Below are positions 21,749-32,912 of a stretch of DNA of 64,000 bases, one piece after another. The stretch lies in the NCBI GenBank assembly GCA_963708075.1, contig OY970194.1, positions 5,888,001-5,952,000 of the forward strand, read 5' to 3'. The notes below the pieces were generated by a model. The model had not been told where the DNA came from. It searched no databases and saw nothing but the letters and a program-made list of their open reading frames with translations. The DNA is from Sedimentisphaerales bacterium. Lineage in GTDB: Bacteria > Planctomycetota > Phycisphaerae > Sedimentisphaerales > Anaerobacaceae. The translations under genes were made by a program, and so were the position numbers. Every line of letters starts with the position of its first letter. The first letter of the stretch is position 1.

Positions 21749-23137
21749 ATGAGATTCGGTCAACGAGTGAGAGTCTGGACGATAGTGTGTCTGATGCCGC
21801 TCATGTCATGGACTGCGATGGCGGCAACGCCTGCGGCCGGCCCGCTGCGCGTCCTGCCAGCCAATCCACGCTATTTCACCGACGGCAGCGGCAAAGCGGT
21901 CTACCTGACCGGCTCGCACACCTGGGCCAATCTGCAGGACATCGGCCTTACCAGTCCTCCCTCGGCCTTTGATTTCCCGGCCTACCTCGATCTTCTCGAA
22001 CGCCACCATCACAACTTCATTCGCCTTTGGCGCTGGGAGTTCTCTCAGTGGACCGAAAGGGACAAGAAACAGTCGTTCTACTGTGCTCCGCAGCCTTGGC
22101 AGCGCACCGGTCCGGGCGAGGCCCTGGACGGAAAACCCAGGTTCGATCTTCAGAAATTCGATGAAGCCTATTTCCATCGCCTCCGGACCCGCACCCGAGC
22201 CGCCGCAGAACGCGGCATTTACGTCTCGATCATGCTCTTCGAGGGGTGGGGCCTGCGGTTCGTGCCCGAGGGGTGGAAGGCCCATCCCTTCTATCCCGCC
22301 AACAACGTGAATCTGACAGACAGCGAGGTGAAAGGCATCAAGGGGATCGAACTCTTCTCTCTCGCTTCGCCAAAGGTGACGGCGTTCCAGGAAGCTTACG
22401 TCCGCAAGGTCATCGATACGGTCAGTGATCTGGACAACGTGCTTTACGAGATCGCCAACGAAAGCGATTTTGCCACGACCGAATGGCAGTACCACATGAT
22501 CCGCTTCATCAAGAGCTACGAATCCACCAAGCCCAGGCAACATCCGGTCGGCATGACCTCCATCGGCTACGGCGTGGACGACCTCGACCGCCTGCTCAAG
22601 AGCCCCGCCGATTGGATTTCCCCCAATCCCGACCACTTCGACTACAAGAACGATCCGCCACCGTCGGATGGAGCGAAAGTCATCATTCTGGACACGGATC
22701 ATCTCTGGGGAGTAGGAGGGGGTGTGCCATGGGTGTGGAAGAGTTTCCTCCGCGGGCATAACCCGATCTGGATGGATCCTCTGGATAAGGCTTCTGTGTG
22801 GGAACCGACCCCGGGGAACGCGGAAGCCGTGCGAAACAATCTGGGCCACGCGCTGCGTTTTGCCGAACGTATGAATCCGGCGGCGATGAAACCACATCCC
22901 GAGTTGACCTCCACGGGTTACTGTCTGGCTGATGCCGGCGTGGAATACCTGGTTTATCAACCCAAGGCGGATGAAGGCTTCTCCGTCGAAGTCAAAGCCG
23001 GGACGTATCGTTACGAGTGGTTCAACCCGACGAAAGATGCGTCGTCAGACGCTGGCCGCCTGGAAATGACAGAAGGCAGACAGCAGTTCAAAGCACCCTT
23101 TGAGGGGGACGCGGTGCTGTACCTTAAGTCGCAATGA
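21749..23137 (+). CDS. Secreted DUF6298-like TIM-barrel putative glycoside hydrolase
   Basis: Signal peptide; NPRYFTDGSGKAVYLTGSHTW, NVLYEIANE, DTDHLWG, YEWFNP. Confidence 0.75.
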   Translation: MRFGQRVRVWTIVCLMPLMSWTAMAATPAAGPLRVLPANPRYFTDGSGKAVYLTGSHTWANLQDIGLTSPPSAFDFPAYLDLLERHHHNFIRLWRWEFSQWTERDKKQSFYCAPQPWQRTGPGEALDGKPRFDLQKFDEAYFHRLRTRTRAAAERGIYVSIMLFEGWGLRFVPEGWKAHPFYPANNVNLTDSEVKGIKGIELFSLASPKVTAFQEAYVRKVIDTVSDLDNVLYEIANESDFATTEWQYHMIRFIKSYESTKPRQHPVGMTSIGYGVDDLDRLLKSPADWISPNPDHFDYKNDPPPSDGAKVIILDTDHLWGVGGGVPWVWKSFLRGHNPIWMDPLDKASVWEPTPGNAEAVRNNLGHALRFAERMNPAAMKPHPELTSTGYCLADAGVEYLVYQPKADEGFSVEVKAGTYRYEWFNPTKDASSDAGRLEMTEGRQQFKAPFEGDAVLYLKSQ

Positions 23138-25368
23138 GAATCAGTTTACGAAAACCGACTATCAGGAGGGTCGGCATGCGAATTGGAACCAGGGCGCTGG
23201 CCACCACCGTGAGACTGGGCCTCTTGCTCGCGACGGCGTACTCTCTGTTTTGGCTGGAGGAAGCTGCCGCGGCACCTGGCGGGGAGCCGGGAACGGCGGA
23301 TTTCTTCGTCTCTCCGCAAGGCAAGGATACGTGGTCGGGCAAACGAGCCGATCCGGGCGAGGAGGACGGGCCGTTTGCGACGGTGGCGCGTGCTCGCGAG
23401 GCTGTTCGGGCGGTGCTCAAGGCGCAAAAGAAGCCGCGACCCCTGCGTGTGGTACTGCGAGGCGGAACTTACTATCTCGACGCGCCGCTGGAGTTCGGGC
23501 CGGAGGATTCTGGGACGGAGCAGGCTCCGGTGGTTTACGCGGCGGCAGCGGGGGAGAAAGTGGTTCTGAGCGGGGGACGCCGTCTCAATAATGGTCGCTG
23601 GGGCGAGGTCAATGGTCACAAGGCCTGGGTGGTGGACATTCCGGAGGTGAAGGCAGGGACGTGGCGCTTCCGGCAGCTCTTCGTGAATGGCGAGCGCCGG
23701 CCGCGGACGAGGCTGCCCAAGCAAGGGGAATACCGCATCGAATCTCTGCCGGGCTATACGGGCGACTTTCTCAGAAGTCCGACAAGGCAGTTCGTCTACG
23801 CCCCGGGCAACATCGAGCCGACTTGGCGCAATCTGAAGGACGTGGAAATCGTGGGCATCACACGATGGCTGGACAACCGGCTGCCGATTGAGAGCGTTGA
23901 CGGCTCAACTCGGACAGTCACGTTCGACCGCGCGAGTCTGTTTGCTCTCGTCTCGTCCGCCACCTCCGGCGACGGCACCGCCCGGCCCTCGGTCTACTGG
24001 GTGGAGAACGTATTCGAGGCATTGGACACTCCGGGCCAGTGGTATCTGGATCGTCCGGGCGGAGTGCTGTGCTACTTGCCGCGACCGGGAGAGGAGATGG
24101 CTTCGGCCGAGATCATCGCACCGCGGCTGACGCAGGTGGTGCGGGTGGTGGGGCGCGCGGGCGCCCCGGTTCACGACCTTCGCTTTGAAGGCCTCATCTT
24201 TGCGCATACGGAATGGCAGCCGCCGGCCGATTATGCCTCGTCGCTGCAAGCCGGGATCGAGGTGCCCGGCGCGATGCTGTTTGATTACGCCGAACGATGC
24301 ACCGTCACCGACGGCGCCATCGAACACATCGGCAACTATGGCGTCGAAGTAGGCGTGGGCTGTGTGGACATCGAGATCGCGCGCAACCGGATCACGGATG
24401 TCGGCGCGGGAGGAATCCGCATCGGTCACTTCTTCTCATGGGAAACGGACGGTTCCGGCCAACTGACCGAGCGGGGCCTCCGGCGCAAGGCCGCCATGCC
24501 ACAAGGCCCGCACAGCCGGCGGATCACCGTGGCCGACAACGAAATCGCCCACTGTGGGCGGTTCACCCCCGAGGCGGCGGGCGTGTTCGTGGGTGACAAT
24601 GCCGACAACAAGATCATTCACAACCACATCCACGACTTGTTCTGGTGTGGCATATGCGTTGGCTCGGTCCAGGATTTCGGGCCCAGTGAGGCGAAGGGCA
24701 ATATCATCGAATACAATCACGTGCATGACATCGGCCAGGGCATTCTCAGCGATCTGGCCGGGATTTACACCTGCAACACGCCAAGCAGTCGCATCGCCTG
24801 CAATGTCATACATGATGTCGTACGACGAGACTACGGTGGCTGGGGGATCTACCCGGACCAGGGCAGCCACGACCTGTTGATCGAAAAGAACCTCGTATAC
24901 CGCTGCCAGGACGGCGGGTTGTTCGCGCACCACAACCGTGACATTACCGCCGAGAACAACATCTTCGCTTTCAGTCGCGGGGCACAAATCGAGCGCGGCG
25001 GGATAGGCGGGTTCGAGCTGACCTGCCGGCGCAACCTCATCTATTACGTGAAGGGCAGGGCGATTGGGACCTATGGCGGCGAGCGTTGGGGGCGAGACAT
25101 CTGTGCCTTCGATCACAATCTCTACTGGAACGTCTCCGGCCAACCCGTCCTGTTTGCCAATCAGAGCTTCGCCGAGTGGCAGGCGGCGGGACAAGATAAG
25201 GACGGTGTCATCGCCGACCCGTTGTTTGCGGACCCGGCGCACGGCGACTTTACCCTGCGGCCGGGCTCCCCGGCATCGCAGATTGGCTTCGAACCGTGGG
25301 ACATATCGGCCGTCGGGCCGCGTCCATCTTCAGCGACGCCCAAACAGAATTCGGAGGCGGCGAAGTGA
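23134..25368 (+). CDS. Right-handed parallel beta-helix protein (GH141-like)
   Basis: FFVSPQGKDTWSG, GPFAT, LRGGTY, QLFVNG, LDTPGQWY, IIHNHIHD, DLAGIY, GWGIYPD, ADPLF. Confidence 0.85.
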   Translation: MRISLRKPTIRRVGMRIGTRALATTVRLGLLLATAYSLFWLEEAAAAPGGEPGTADFFVSPQGKDTWSGKRADPGEEDGPFATVARAREAVRAVLKAQKKPRPLRVVLRGGTYYLDAPLEFGPEDSGTEQAPVVYAAAAGEKVVLSGGRRLNNGRWGEVNGHKAWVVDIPEVKAGTWRFRQLFVNGERRPRTRLPKQGEYRIESLPGYTGDFLRSPTRQFVYAPGNIEPTWRNLKDVEIVGITRWLDNRLPIESVDGSTRTVTFDRASLFALVSSATSGDGTARPSVYWVENVFEALDTPGQWYLDRPGGVLCYLPRPGEEMASAEIIAPRLTQVVRVVGRAGAPVHDLRFEGLIFAHTEWQPPADYASSLQAGIEVPGAMLFDYAERCTVTDGAIEHIGNYGVEVGVGCVDIEIARNRITDVGAGGIRIGHFFSWETDGSGQLTERGLRRKAAMPQGPHSRRITVADNEIAHCGRFTPEAAGVFVGDNADNKIIHNHIHDLFWCGICVGSVQDFGPSEAKGNIIEYNHVHDIGQGILSDLAGIYTCNTPSSRIACNVIHDVVRRDYGGWGIYPDQGSHDLLIEKNLVYRCQDGGLFAHHNRDITAENNIFAFSRGAQIERGGIGGFELTCRRNLIYYVKGRAIGTYGGERWGRDICAFDHNLYWNVSGQPVLFANQSFAEWQAAGQDKDGVIADPLFADPAHGDFTLRPGSPASQIGFEPWDISAVGPRPSSATPKQNSEAAK

Positions 25369-25405
25369 CGGTGGACCACACGGCGGTGATGGAGAGGGAT
25401 AGACT

Positions 25406-27489
25406 ATGAACATCAACGGTGCTTTGCGGCTGGCGGTGTCAACACTGGTTTTTTCGGTTGGTCAGGTCGCTGCCGGCGAGCCTTGGCTCATTGCTGAGCA
25501 GCCGGACCTGAAGGAGGCTCTCGAACGCGCCCCGATCTTGCAGACGGAATCACTGGGCGAGCCGGCGCGCGGAGTGAATGTCTGGGAACGTTGGATGGTG
25601 CCGAACCCCGACGGCAAGTCATGGGACGTCCTTCAGATCTACTTCAAAGAATACTATGGGCCGACGTGGCTCTACGCGATGGACCTGGGCACGGGCGAAG
25701 TGAAGAGGCAGCGTCTGGCGGATGGTCACCAGTTCTACCTGTCGGGCAGGGCGCTCGGATTCGACGGCAAGTACTACATCGCCACCCCCTCACGAGAAAC
25801 GTGGAGCATGAATCTGTTCGTGTACGACCCGGCGACGAACACACTGGAGGAGCGCGGTGAGATCGTTCACGGGCTCGGCGGTGAGGTTCGCCCGCTCGTG
25901 ACGGGACCAGATGGGCGGATTTACGGAACCGGGACCCGGGACAACAAAGTCGGCTTGTACATCTACGATCCGAAGTTGGGCAAGGTGGTGAAGGACTTCG
26001 GCGCGGTGGGACCCAGCCATCCCAACGGCGCGTGGAGCCGCTACGTGATGGGCGTGGATGACACGCACGCGTATATCGCCAGCGGGATGATCCCCGCCTG
26101 GTATCTCGTGGCCGTGGATCTCGTGACCGGCGAAGAGAAAGTGCTGCTGGAGTCGCCGACGGAACGTGTGATGGACATCCTTGAGAGCTTTCCAAGCGCC
26201 TTCGCCCGCGTCCCCCAGGGTAACGGCGCGCCCGACAAGGAGTACTGGCTTTACCATGGTCAGGCCATACCCAGGGTGAACGACACGCCGCCCTGGCCTA
26301 AGCAGGCATCCCCGTGGGACAAGGCCGTGCCGAAGCCACAAGTGTACTTCGACCAGATCGATCCGGATTCCGAGGGCCGCGCGACGCTCTGGTATCGTCC
26401 AGCAGAAGACGCAGCCTGGGAATCGATCCGGCTGGAGGGTGTCGAGTCGTACGCACATCGCATCAATCCCATGTCCATCCTGCCCGACGGGCGGATCTAC
26501 GGCACCGGCGACGATTACGCCGGCGTGTTCGTATTCGATCCGCGGACGGACCAGACCACGATCCTCGGCCCGCGCCCGGGCTGGCGCCCTACACACAGAT
26601 CGTTCACGGCGGCAGGCTCTATTCCAGCGGCTATTCCGGCGGCCATCTCTTCGTCTACGATCCCGCGCGGCCCTGGACGCTGAGCAAGGGCGGACCTCCC
26701 GGCCATCCGGCGCCCGACCAGGCGGACGCGGGAAGCAACGCCCGGTACCTGGGGGATTTTGACAGGACCACCCGTGTGGGGCTCATGCACAGTTCCGCGC
26801 TCGGCGCCGATGGCAGGATCTACTTCGGCGGGTTCGGATTGCGTCACTACACCGGCGGCGGCTTCGGCTGGTATGACCCGAAGATGGAGAAGATGGACGG
26901 CTTCTGGAAGCCGCTGAGCGGTTACGCCGTGCAGTGGATCGCCCCCGCGCTGGATGGGAGGCTGATCGTCATTTCCACGATCAGGGCGGCGGATGAGCTG
27001 AATGAGAATCGAGCGCCCGAGGAGGCCAAGCTGTTCGTGTATGAGGTGAGCGAGCAAAAGATCGTTCGCGAGATCGTGCCGGTGTCGAAAGGCCGGACCA
27101 CCGGACTGGTTGCCGAGGTGCGGAGCGGGCGGTTGCTCGGATTGACCTCGGACCCGGAGCAACCGCGCGGCAGCATTCTCTACGGGGTGGATGTCACCAC
27201 GGGCGAAGTGCTGTTCACGAAGGACCTGCCGTCACCCGTCTCGATCGACGATTATTGGCCTCACTGGGTGGACCCTTCGTACGAGTACAATGCCGTCGTG
27301 CGCGGCCCCGATGGTTTTGTGTGGACGTACCTCAGGAACGTGCTGGTGCGCATCGATCCGAAGAATGCGAGCGTGCACGTCATGGGCAAGATCGATCCTG
27401 TCGGCTGGCCCACGTTTGTCGGCAACGATGTGTACTTCTCGGGACCCGAGCAGTTGCGGCGGATTCGCAATCTCGTTCCGACTCCGTAG
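25406..27489 (+). CDS. Secreted beta-propeller hypothetical protein; frameshift near 26575
   Basis: Signal peptide; repeated GPDGRIYG/LFVYDP blades across ORFs 25406..26683 and 26314..27489. Confidence 0.7.
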
Positions 27490-27548
27490 CTGGATATGAC
27501 GCGAGTCAGGTCTATGATAAGCCGTTTAGCTCTCGACAGGAGAACGAC

Positions 27549-28950
27549 ATGCTGAAACGTCAGAGCCTCATCGTCGCGTTCGCACTTTTCGTGACGGCGG
27601 GGCAGACCCACGCAGGCAAGGCCTCAGGCCCGTTGCGAGTTCATCCAACCAATCCGCGTTACTTCACCGACGGCACGAAGATGCCCGATGGCTCTTTAAG
27701 AGCTGTCTACCTGACCGGCTCGCACCATTGGAACAATCTGCAGGATTCCGCGAAACTCGGAGAACCTTTAACCGAGAAGTTCGATTACGACGGCTACCTG
27801 GGACTGCTGGCGAAATTCAACCATAACTACATCCGGATGTGGTCGTGGGAAGTTGGAGAAAATGACTTGTATTACGATCCATCGCCCTGGGTTAGGCCAG
27901 GTCCCGGGACTGCTGTGGACGGCAAACCCAGGTTCGATCTCCAGCAGTTCAATCCGGAGTATTTCGAGCGGCTGCGGTCGCGGGTGGTCGCCGCCCGGGA
28001 CAGGAGCATCTACGTCGGCGTGATGCTCTTTCAGGGCTGGAGCATTTACAGCCACGGCTATGGAAATCCGTGGCCGGTGCATCCTTTCAACGAGGCGAAC
28101 AATATCAACGGGATCAATGGAGACCCTGATAAGGATGGTGAGGGCAGAGAGGTTCACGCGCTTCCGGCGCCGGCCGTCACCCGGCTGCAGGAGGCTTACG
28201 TTCGCAAGGTCATCGACACCCTCAACGACTTGGACAACGTGCTCTACGAGATCACAAACGAAACCGCTATCTTCTCCAGGGATTGGCAGTATCACATGGT
28301 CAGATATATCAAGGCGTACGAGGCGGGCAAGCCGAAGCAGCACCCCGTCGGGATGACAGCCTTTGACAGCGGCCGCGAAGGCTCGATGGCAGCCCTGTTC
28401 GCCGGCCCGGCGGATTGGATTTCTCCACAGAATGATGGGACCTCCGGCGACTACCAGGACGACCCGCCGGCCGGCGATGGGCGCAAAGTGATCCTCAGTG
28501 ACACAGATCACCTCTGGGGAGTGGGAGGGGACCGGGTCTGGGTCTGGAAGAGTTTCACCCGGGGGCATCATCCTATCTACATGGACCCGCTGAGCAAGCC
28601 GGATTGGGTGCGCAGCAGCGAAGCCGAGATGCAGGGCGCTCGCAAGGCGATGGGAGACACTCGCCGGTTCGCGGAGAGGATGAATCTCGCGGCCATGACG
28701 CCTCACAACGAATTATCCTCGACCCGATACTGCTTGGCCGATCCAGGAAGGGAGTATCTGGTTTACCAGCCGAAGGCCGGCGGCGACTTTCACAGTCGAG
28801 CTGCACGCAGGCAAGTGCCAGTACGAGTGGTTCAATCCGGCACAGGGGGACGTCGCTGGAACCGGTCAGGTTGAATCGCCGGGCGGGGTGCGGCCATTCA
28901 AACCGCCGTTTGATGGTGACGCCGTGCTTTATCTTCGGAGGCAGCCATGA
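27549..28950 (+). CDS. Second DUF6298-like protein, paralog of 21749..23137; frameshift near 28785
   Basis: GPLRVHPTNPRYFTDG, YLTGSHHW, NVLYEITNE, DTDHLWG; the shifted frame gives YEWFNP...PFDGDAVLYL ending at 28950. Confidence 0.75.
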
Positions 28951-31868
28951 AATGCACAGCTTGGACCGCTTGGATCCTGATCACGCTGGCCGTCGCGTGC
29001 CTTGTGCCGGAGGCTCGTGCTGCCGACACCACGGAATCGAAGCCGGCAGTCGTTACCCTCTTTGCCGCCGAGGAGGGCGGGACACCTCGCGACCCGAACC
29101 GGATTGTGGCCGCTGGGCCGGGCGAGTTTCGGATTCGCGCTTATGCCGAGGAAGGGCGCAGCACGTTGACGCACGCCGCGTCGCGCGTCGATCTGGTTTG
29201 CCGCAACGACGGCGCGAAACCCGAAACCGTCACGCTCCACCTGGACCTCTCGGACGATGGACGCCGTACCAACGCGGACAACAATCTCTTCGGCGGCATG
29301 TCCACACGTGATTTCCTGTTCGTCCAACCGCCGGGACAGCCTTGGAGGCAGATCGACGGTCATGTATCAGGCTGGGTCTGCACCGTGCAGTTCGCGGCGC
29401 CGCCAGGCGAGACGAAGGTTGGTTTGAGCCCCTGGTACACCTACGGCGACTACCTGCGCTTTGTCCGCTCGCTTCCTGAGCATCCTCATTTGACGAGGAC
29501 GCGGGTGGGCACGAGCGATGGCGGCCGGGAGCATTGGGAGTTGACCATCACCGATCCTGACGCACCTCTTGAGAGCAAGCGGACAATCTTCTGGCACGCC
29601 AGGGAACATGCCTATGAGACCTTCTCATCCCATGCGATGGAGGGACTTGTCGCGTACCTTTTGTCCGATGCTGCCGCCGATGCGCGCCGGCGATACCGGT
29701 TCGTGCTGCATCCGATGACGAACGTGGACGGCGTCGCGCAGGGCTACGAGTATCGGGACGGCTATGACTATCCGCAGCCCAGGGGCACCGCCACGGCACG
29801 GCTGACCTTCGAGGCGGTGGACCGGCTCCGGCCGCACTTCGCAGTCACCTGGCACAACTGGGTGGCTCCCCGTGACGTGGACTGCCTGTTCTACACCGAC
29901 TCCGAGGACGGCAAGGCCGGCCGCCGGGCGTGGGACTTGTTCACGCAGCGTTTCCCGTCCCCGCGAGGCGTGGGCCACCGCTGGGAGAGCGAAACCGATC
30001 CGCTCGCAAAAAACTGGTCTGGTCGCTCCCCACTCAACGAGAACAACGTTCACCAGTACGCGATGAAACGTTACGGCACGCAGGTCTGGGGTTGGGAGAT
30101 GCCCTGGTGGAACCGCGGGGAGGCCGATCCCACACAGGCTGCACGGAAAGCCGGCGCAGACTTCGGCCGGGCGTTCCTTGCAACATTGGATGCTATAGAT
30201 GCCGGCTCGCCCGTTGTCACGGCGGAGCAGCCTGTTGTGGCGGTTCCGCGCTGGGAGGTGCATGAGTTTGAATTACACGGCCGCAGCCACGTGGACAATC
30301 CGTTTCGCGATTCGGCGTTGGTGGGCGAGTTCACATCTCCCTCAGGCAGGACAGTCAGCACTGAAGGGTTTTATGACGGTGGCGACACCTGGCGGCTGCG
30401 CTTCACGCCGGACGAGGAAGGCGAGTGGCGTTACCTGTTGCGAGGAGAGGGTGCCGAGTTGCATCAGTACGGCCGGTTACGCTGCATCGCACCGCGAGGC
30501 CACGGCTTTATCCGCGTTCACCCGGACAACCCGTACGCCTTTGCTTATGCCGATGGCACGCCATTCTTTCCCATGGGTGATACGTGCTACGGCCTCTACA
30601 GCGACAGTCCCATCACACCGGCACTGCGAACGCAATATCTCAAGACCCGCCGGTCACAGCGGTTCAATTTCGTCCGGCTCGGCGTGATTCACAGCCCGAC
30701 GCACGGGCAGACAGACCCCAACTACTGGCCCTGGGGCGGGACGCCCGCTCAGCCTGACCTGGATCGCATCAACCCGCAGTTCTTTCGCGGCCTGGATGCC
30801 GTGATGGCCGAGATGCAGGCGGTGGGGATGAACGCCGAGTTGATCGCGCTCAATTACTACCTGCCACCATTCACGGACGTAAAAGTCTGGACGCTGCCGC
30901 GGGAGCGGCAATGGTTGCGATACGTTGCCGCACGATATGCGGCCTTTCCCAACCTGTTCCTGTGGACCATCGCCAATGAATACGAAACACACGCCGATGG
31001 CCGCTATCGCCTCGACGTGCCCGATGATCCGGATTGGGCCAGGGCAACAGCACGGTTCATCAAACAGCACGACCCTTATCGGCACCTGGTCACAGTGCAT
31101 CCGGTCGTCTCCGCCAGCACTCGCGGCCGCGCGCCGAATGACCCGTTCGACCCTCCGTGGCGCATCGGCGAGTTCTTTGGCAAGGACGATGCCGTGGACG
31201 TGCTGTCGCAGCAAACGGGGCAGTCCGGCAAAGGCGTCATCTGGAACGAGCAGCTTCAGTGCTGGACGGGCGACGCCCCCGACCTGGTCGCCAGTCTCCT
31301 CGCCGACCGCAGGTACCGCCGGCCCGTGCTCAATACCGAAAGCGGCTACGAGTACCTGCGCGGACATCCGACGGAAAAGAAGCAGGTACACCACACCGAC
31401 AAAGTGCGGCATTCGGCCTGGCGGATCGTTTGTGCAGGCGGTTACTTCGCCGCCGGCTTCAACGGCACTATCGGCCACAGCGACGCCTGGAACCGGATCG
31501 ACGCCCCGAATCGCTACACGTTCGTAGTGAAGGACGAGGGCGCAGCGGGGCAGTTGGCCGCTCTCTATGACTTCTTCTCTATGCTTCCCTTCTGGCGGAT
31601 GCAGCCCTTTGAGCAGGTGACCGGGGACGCGGTCTCGCTGGCGGAGCCCGGAAAGGTCTACGTGGTCTACCTGCCCAACGGAGGCAAGGTGCGCGTCGAT
31701 CTAAGCGCCGCCCCCGGCCCGTTGTCCGCCCGCTGGTTCGATCCTCGTCAGGGCAGGTCGGACGCAGCGTTCGAAGTGACAGGCGGAGGTCCAGCGGAAT
31801 TCACAGCTCCCGACCGGAACGATTGGGTGCTCCATATCGAGCAACAGGATCGTCCTGGCGGAATCTGA
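28947..31868 (+). CDS. Secreted fusion of an M14-like zinc carboxypeptidase domain with DUF5060/DUF4038 and collagen-binding-like domains
   Basis: PWYTY, HAREHAYE, PMTNVDG, VTWH in the N-half; GFYDGGDTWRLRFTP, YADGTPFFPMGDT, WTIANE, WFDPRQG...DWVL in the C-half. Confidence 0.75.
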   Translation: MKCTAWTAWILITLAVACLVPEARAADTTESKPAVVTLFAAEEGGTPRDPNRIVAAGPGEFRIRAYAEEGRSTLTHAASRVDLVCRNDGAKPETVTLHLDLSDDGRRTNADNNLFGGMSTRDFLFVQPPGQPWRQIDGHVSGWVCTVQFAAPPGETKVGLSPWYTYGDYLRFVRSLPEHPHLTRTRVGTSDGGREHWELTITDPDAPLESKRTIFWHAREHAYETFSSHAMEGLVAYLLSDAAADARRRYRFVLHPMTNVDGVAQGYEYRDGYDYPQPRGTATARLTFEAVDRLRPHFAVTWHNWVAPRDVDCLFYTDSEDGKAGRRAWDLFTQRFPSPRGVGHRWESETDPLAKNWSGRSPLNENNVHQYAMKRYGTQVWGWEMPWWNRGEADPTQAARKAGADFGRAFLATLDAIDAGSPVVTAEQPVVAVPRWEVHEFELHGRSHVDNPFRDSALVGEFTSPSGRTVSTEGFYDGGDTWRLRFTPDEEGEWRYLLRGEGAELHQYGRLRCIAPRGHGFIRVHPDNPYAFAYADGTPFFPMGDTCYGLYSDSPITPALRTQYLKTRRSQRFNFVRLGVIHSPTHGQTDPNYWPWGGTPAQPDLDRINPQFFRGLDAVMAEMQAVGMNAELIALNYYLPPFTDVKVWTLPRERQWLRYVAARYAAFPNLFLWTIANEYETHADGRYRLDVPDDPDWARATARFIKQHDPYRHLVTVHPVVSASTRGRAPNDPFDPPWRIGEFFGKDDAVDVLSQQTGQSGKGVIWNEQLQCWTGDAPDLVASLLADRRYRRPVLNTESGYEYLRGHPTEKKQVHHTDKVRHSAWRIVCAGGYFAAGFNGTIGHSDAWNRIDAPNRYTFVVKDEGAAGQLAALYDFFSMLPFWRMQPFEQVTGDAVSLAEPGKVYVVYLPNGGKVRVDLSAAPGPLSARWFDPRQGRSDAAFEVTGGGPAEFTAPDRNDWVLHIEQQDRPGGI

Positions 31869-32613
31869 TCCACTCCAGGCACAGCCCGCCGGCCGGGACG
31901 AGATGGCCTGCCGCCATGCGATTGCGGGCCTTCAGGATGTCGGCCACGTGCTCTGGACGCCAATGCCCGCGCCCGATGGCGACGAGAGTCCCCGCAATGA
32001 TGCGGGCCATGTGATGCAGGAAACCGTTGGCTTCAATGTCGATGGTGACCAGGTCGCAATCGTCATTGGAGCCCCGCGTAACATCGCAGCGAAACACAGT
32101 CCGCACGGCGTCCTGGTTCTCGTCTACGCTTGCCGCGAAGGAGCGAAAGTCCCACGATCCAACGAGATGCTGGGCCGCCGCATGCATGGCCTCGACGGCC
32201 AGAGACGTCGGGAAATGCCAGCAAAACCGGATCCGGCGGATCGGACGGAGGCGGCCCGTATAGATGGTGTATCGATAGGCCTTTCGCGTCACATCCCCCA
32301 TCACGTCGAAGTCGAGCCCGACCTCCTGTGCGTGCAGGACCACGATGTCCCGCGGCAGATGGTCATTGAGAGCCAGGCAAAGATGGTCTGCCGGGATGGG
32401 GTCGGTGGTGCAGATCAGGCCCACCTGTCCCTTGGCATGGACCCCTGCGTCCGTGCGGCTGGACCCTTGTACATGAGTCGCGTGCCGCAGCAGCGAGGTG
32501 GCCGCTTCGCAGAGTGTTCCCTGGACGGTCTTGAGGCCCGGCTGGATCTGCCAGCCGTGGTAGTCGGTGCCGTCATAGGCGATGGTCAGCTTGATCTTGC
32601 GTCGGGCAGACAT
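31801..32613 (-). CDS. truA: tRNA pseudouridine(38-40) synthase
   Basis: IAYDGTDYHGWQ, SRTDAGVHAKGQ, NGFLHHMARII.G, GLCL. Confidence 0.97.
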   Translation of the reverse strand: MSARRKIKLTIAYDGTDYHGWQIQPGLKTVQGTLCEAATSLLRHATHVQGSSRTDAGVHAKGQVGLICTTDPIPADHLCLALNDHLPRDIVVLHAQEVGLDFDVMGDVTRKAYRYTIYTGRLRPIRRIRFCWHFPTSLAVEAMHAAAQHLVGSWDFRSFAASVDENQDAVRTVFRCDVTRGSNDDCDLVTIDIEANGFLHHMARIIAGTLVAIGRGHWRPEHVADILKARNRMAAGHLVPAGGLCLEWIRFRQDDPVARYGAPNRSGREL

Positions 32614-32704
32614 GGTGGGAGACTACCAGAGGCCACACCCGAGTCCAAGCGAAAAAGACCTTATCATCGTGCGGGTGTCTGTGCAGGTTCTTGGGCATTG
32701 TGCC

Positions 32705-32787
32705 GGGTGGCAACGGCAAGCGTCGGCTTGCCGTTGGCTCCTCAGATGCGTAGCACCATCGGCAAGCTCCGCTTGCTGCTGCCACCC
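32705..32787. repeat. GGGTGGCA...TGCCACCC double-hairpin element
   Basis: gggtggca-acggcaag..cttgccgt-tgg ... cca-tcggcaag..cttgctgc-tgccaccc; same layout at 62253 and 63639. Confidence 0.75.
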
Positions 32788-32912
32788 ATCACTGGCCCTC
32801 TGGAGAAGGCCCGATCGAGGCTTCCGGAGGACTGCCCTTTTATTCTCACAGACACTCGTGCGAGACGGGACTTGTTGCCGTGCTTTTGCGCTGTGGTTGT
32901 CGCGGCATTGGT

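Noticed and set aside
19297..31868. Classical tRNA-integrated element with attL/attR
   Set aside because: No integrase and no second copy of the tRNA 3' end found in the window
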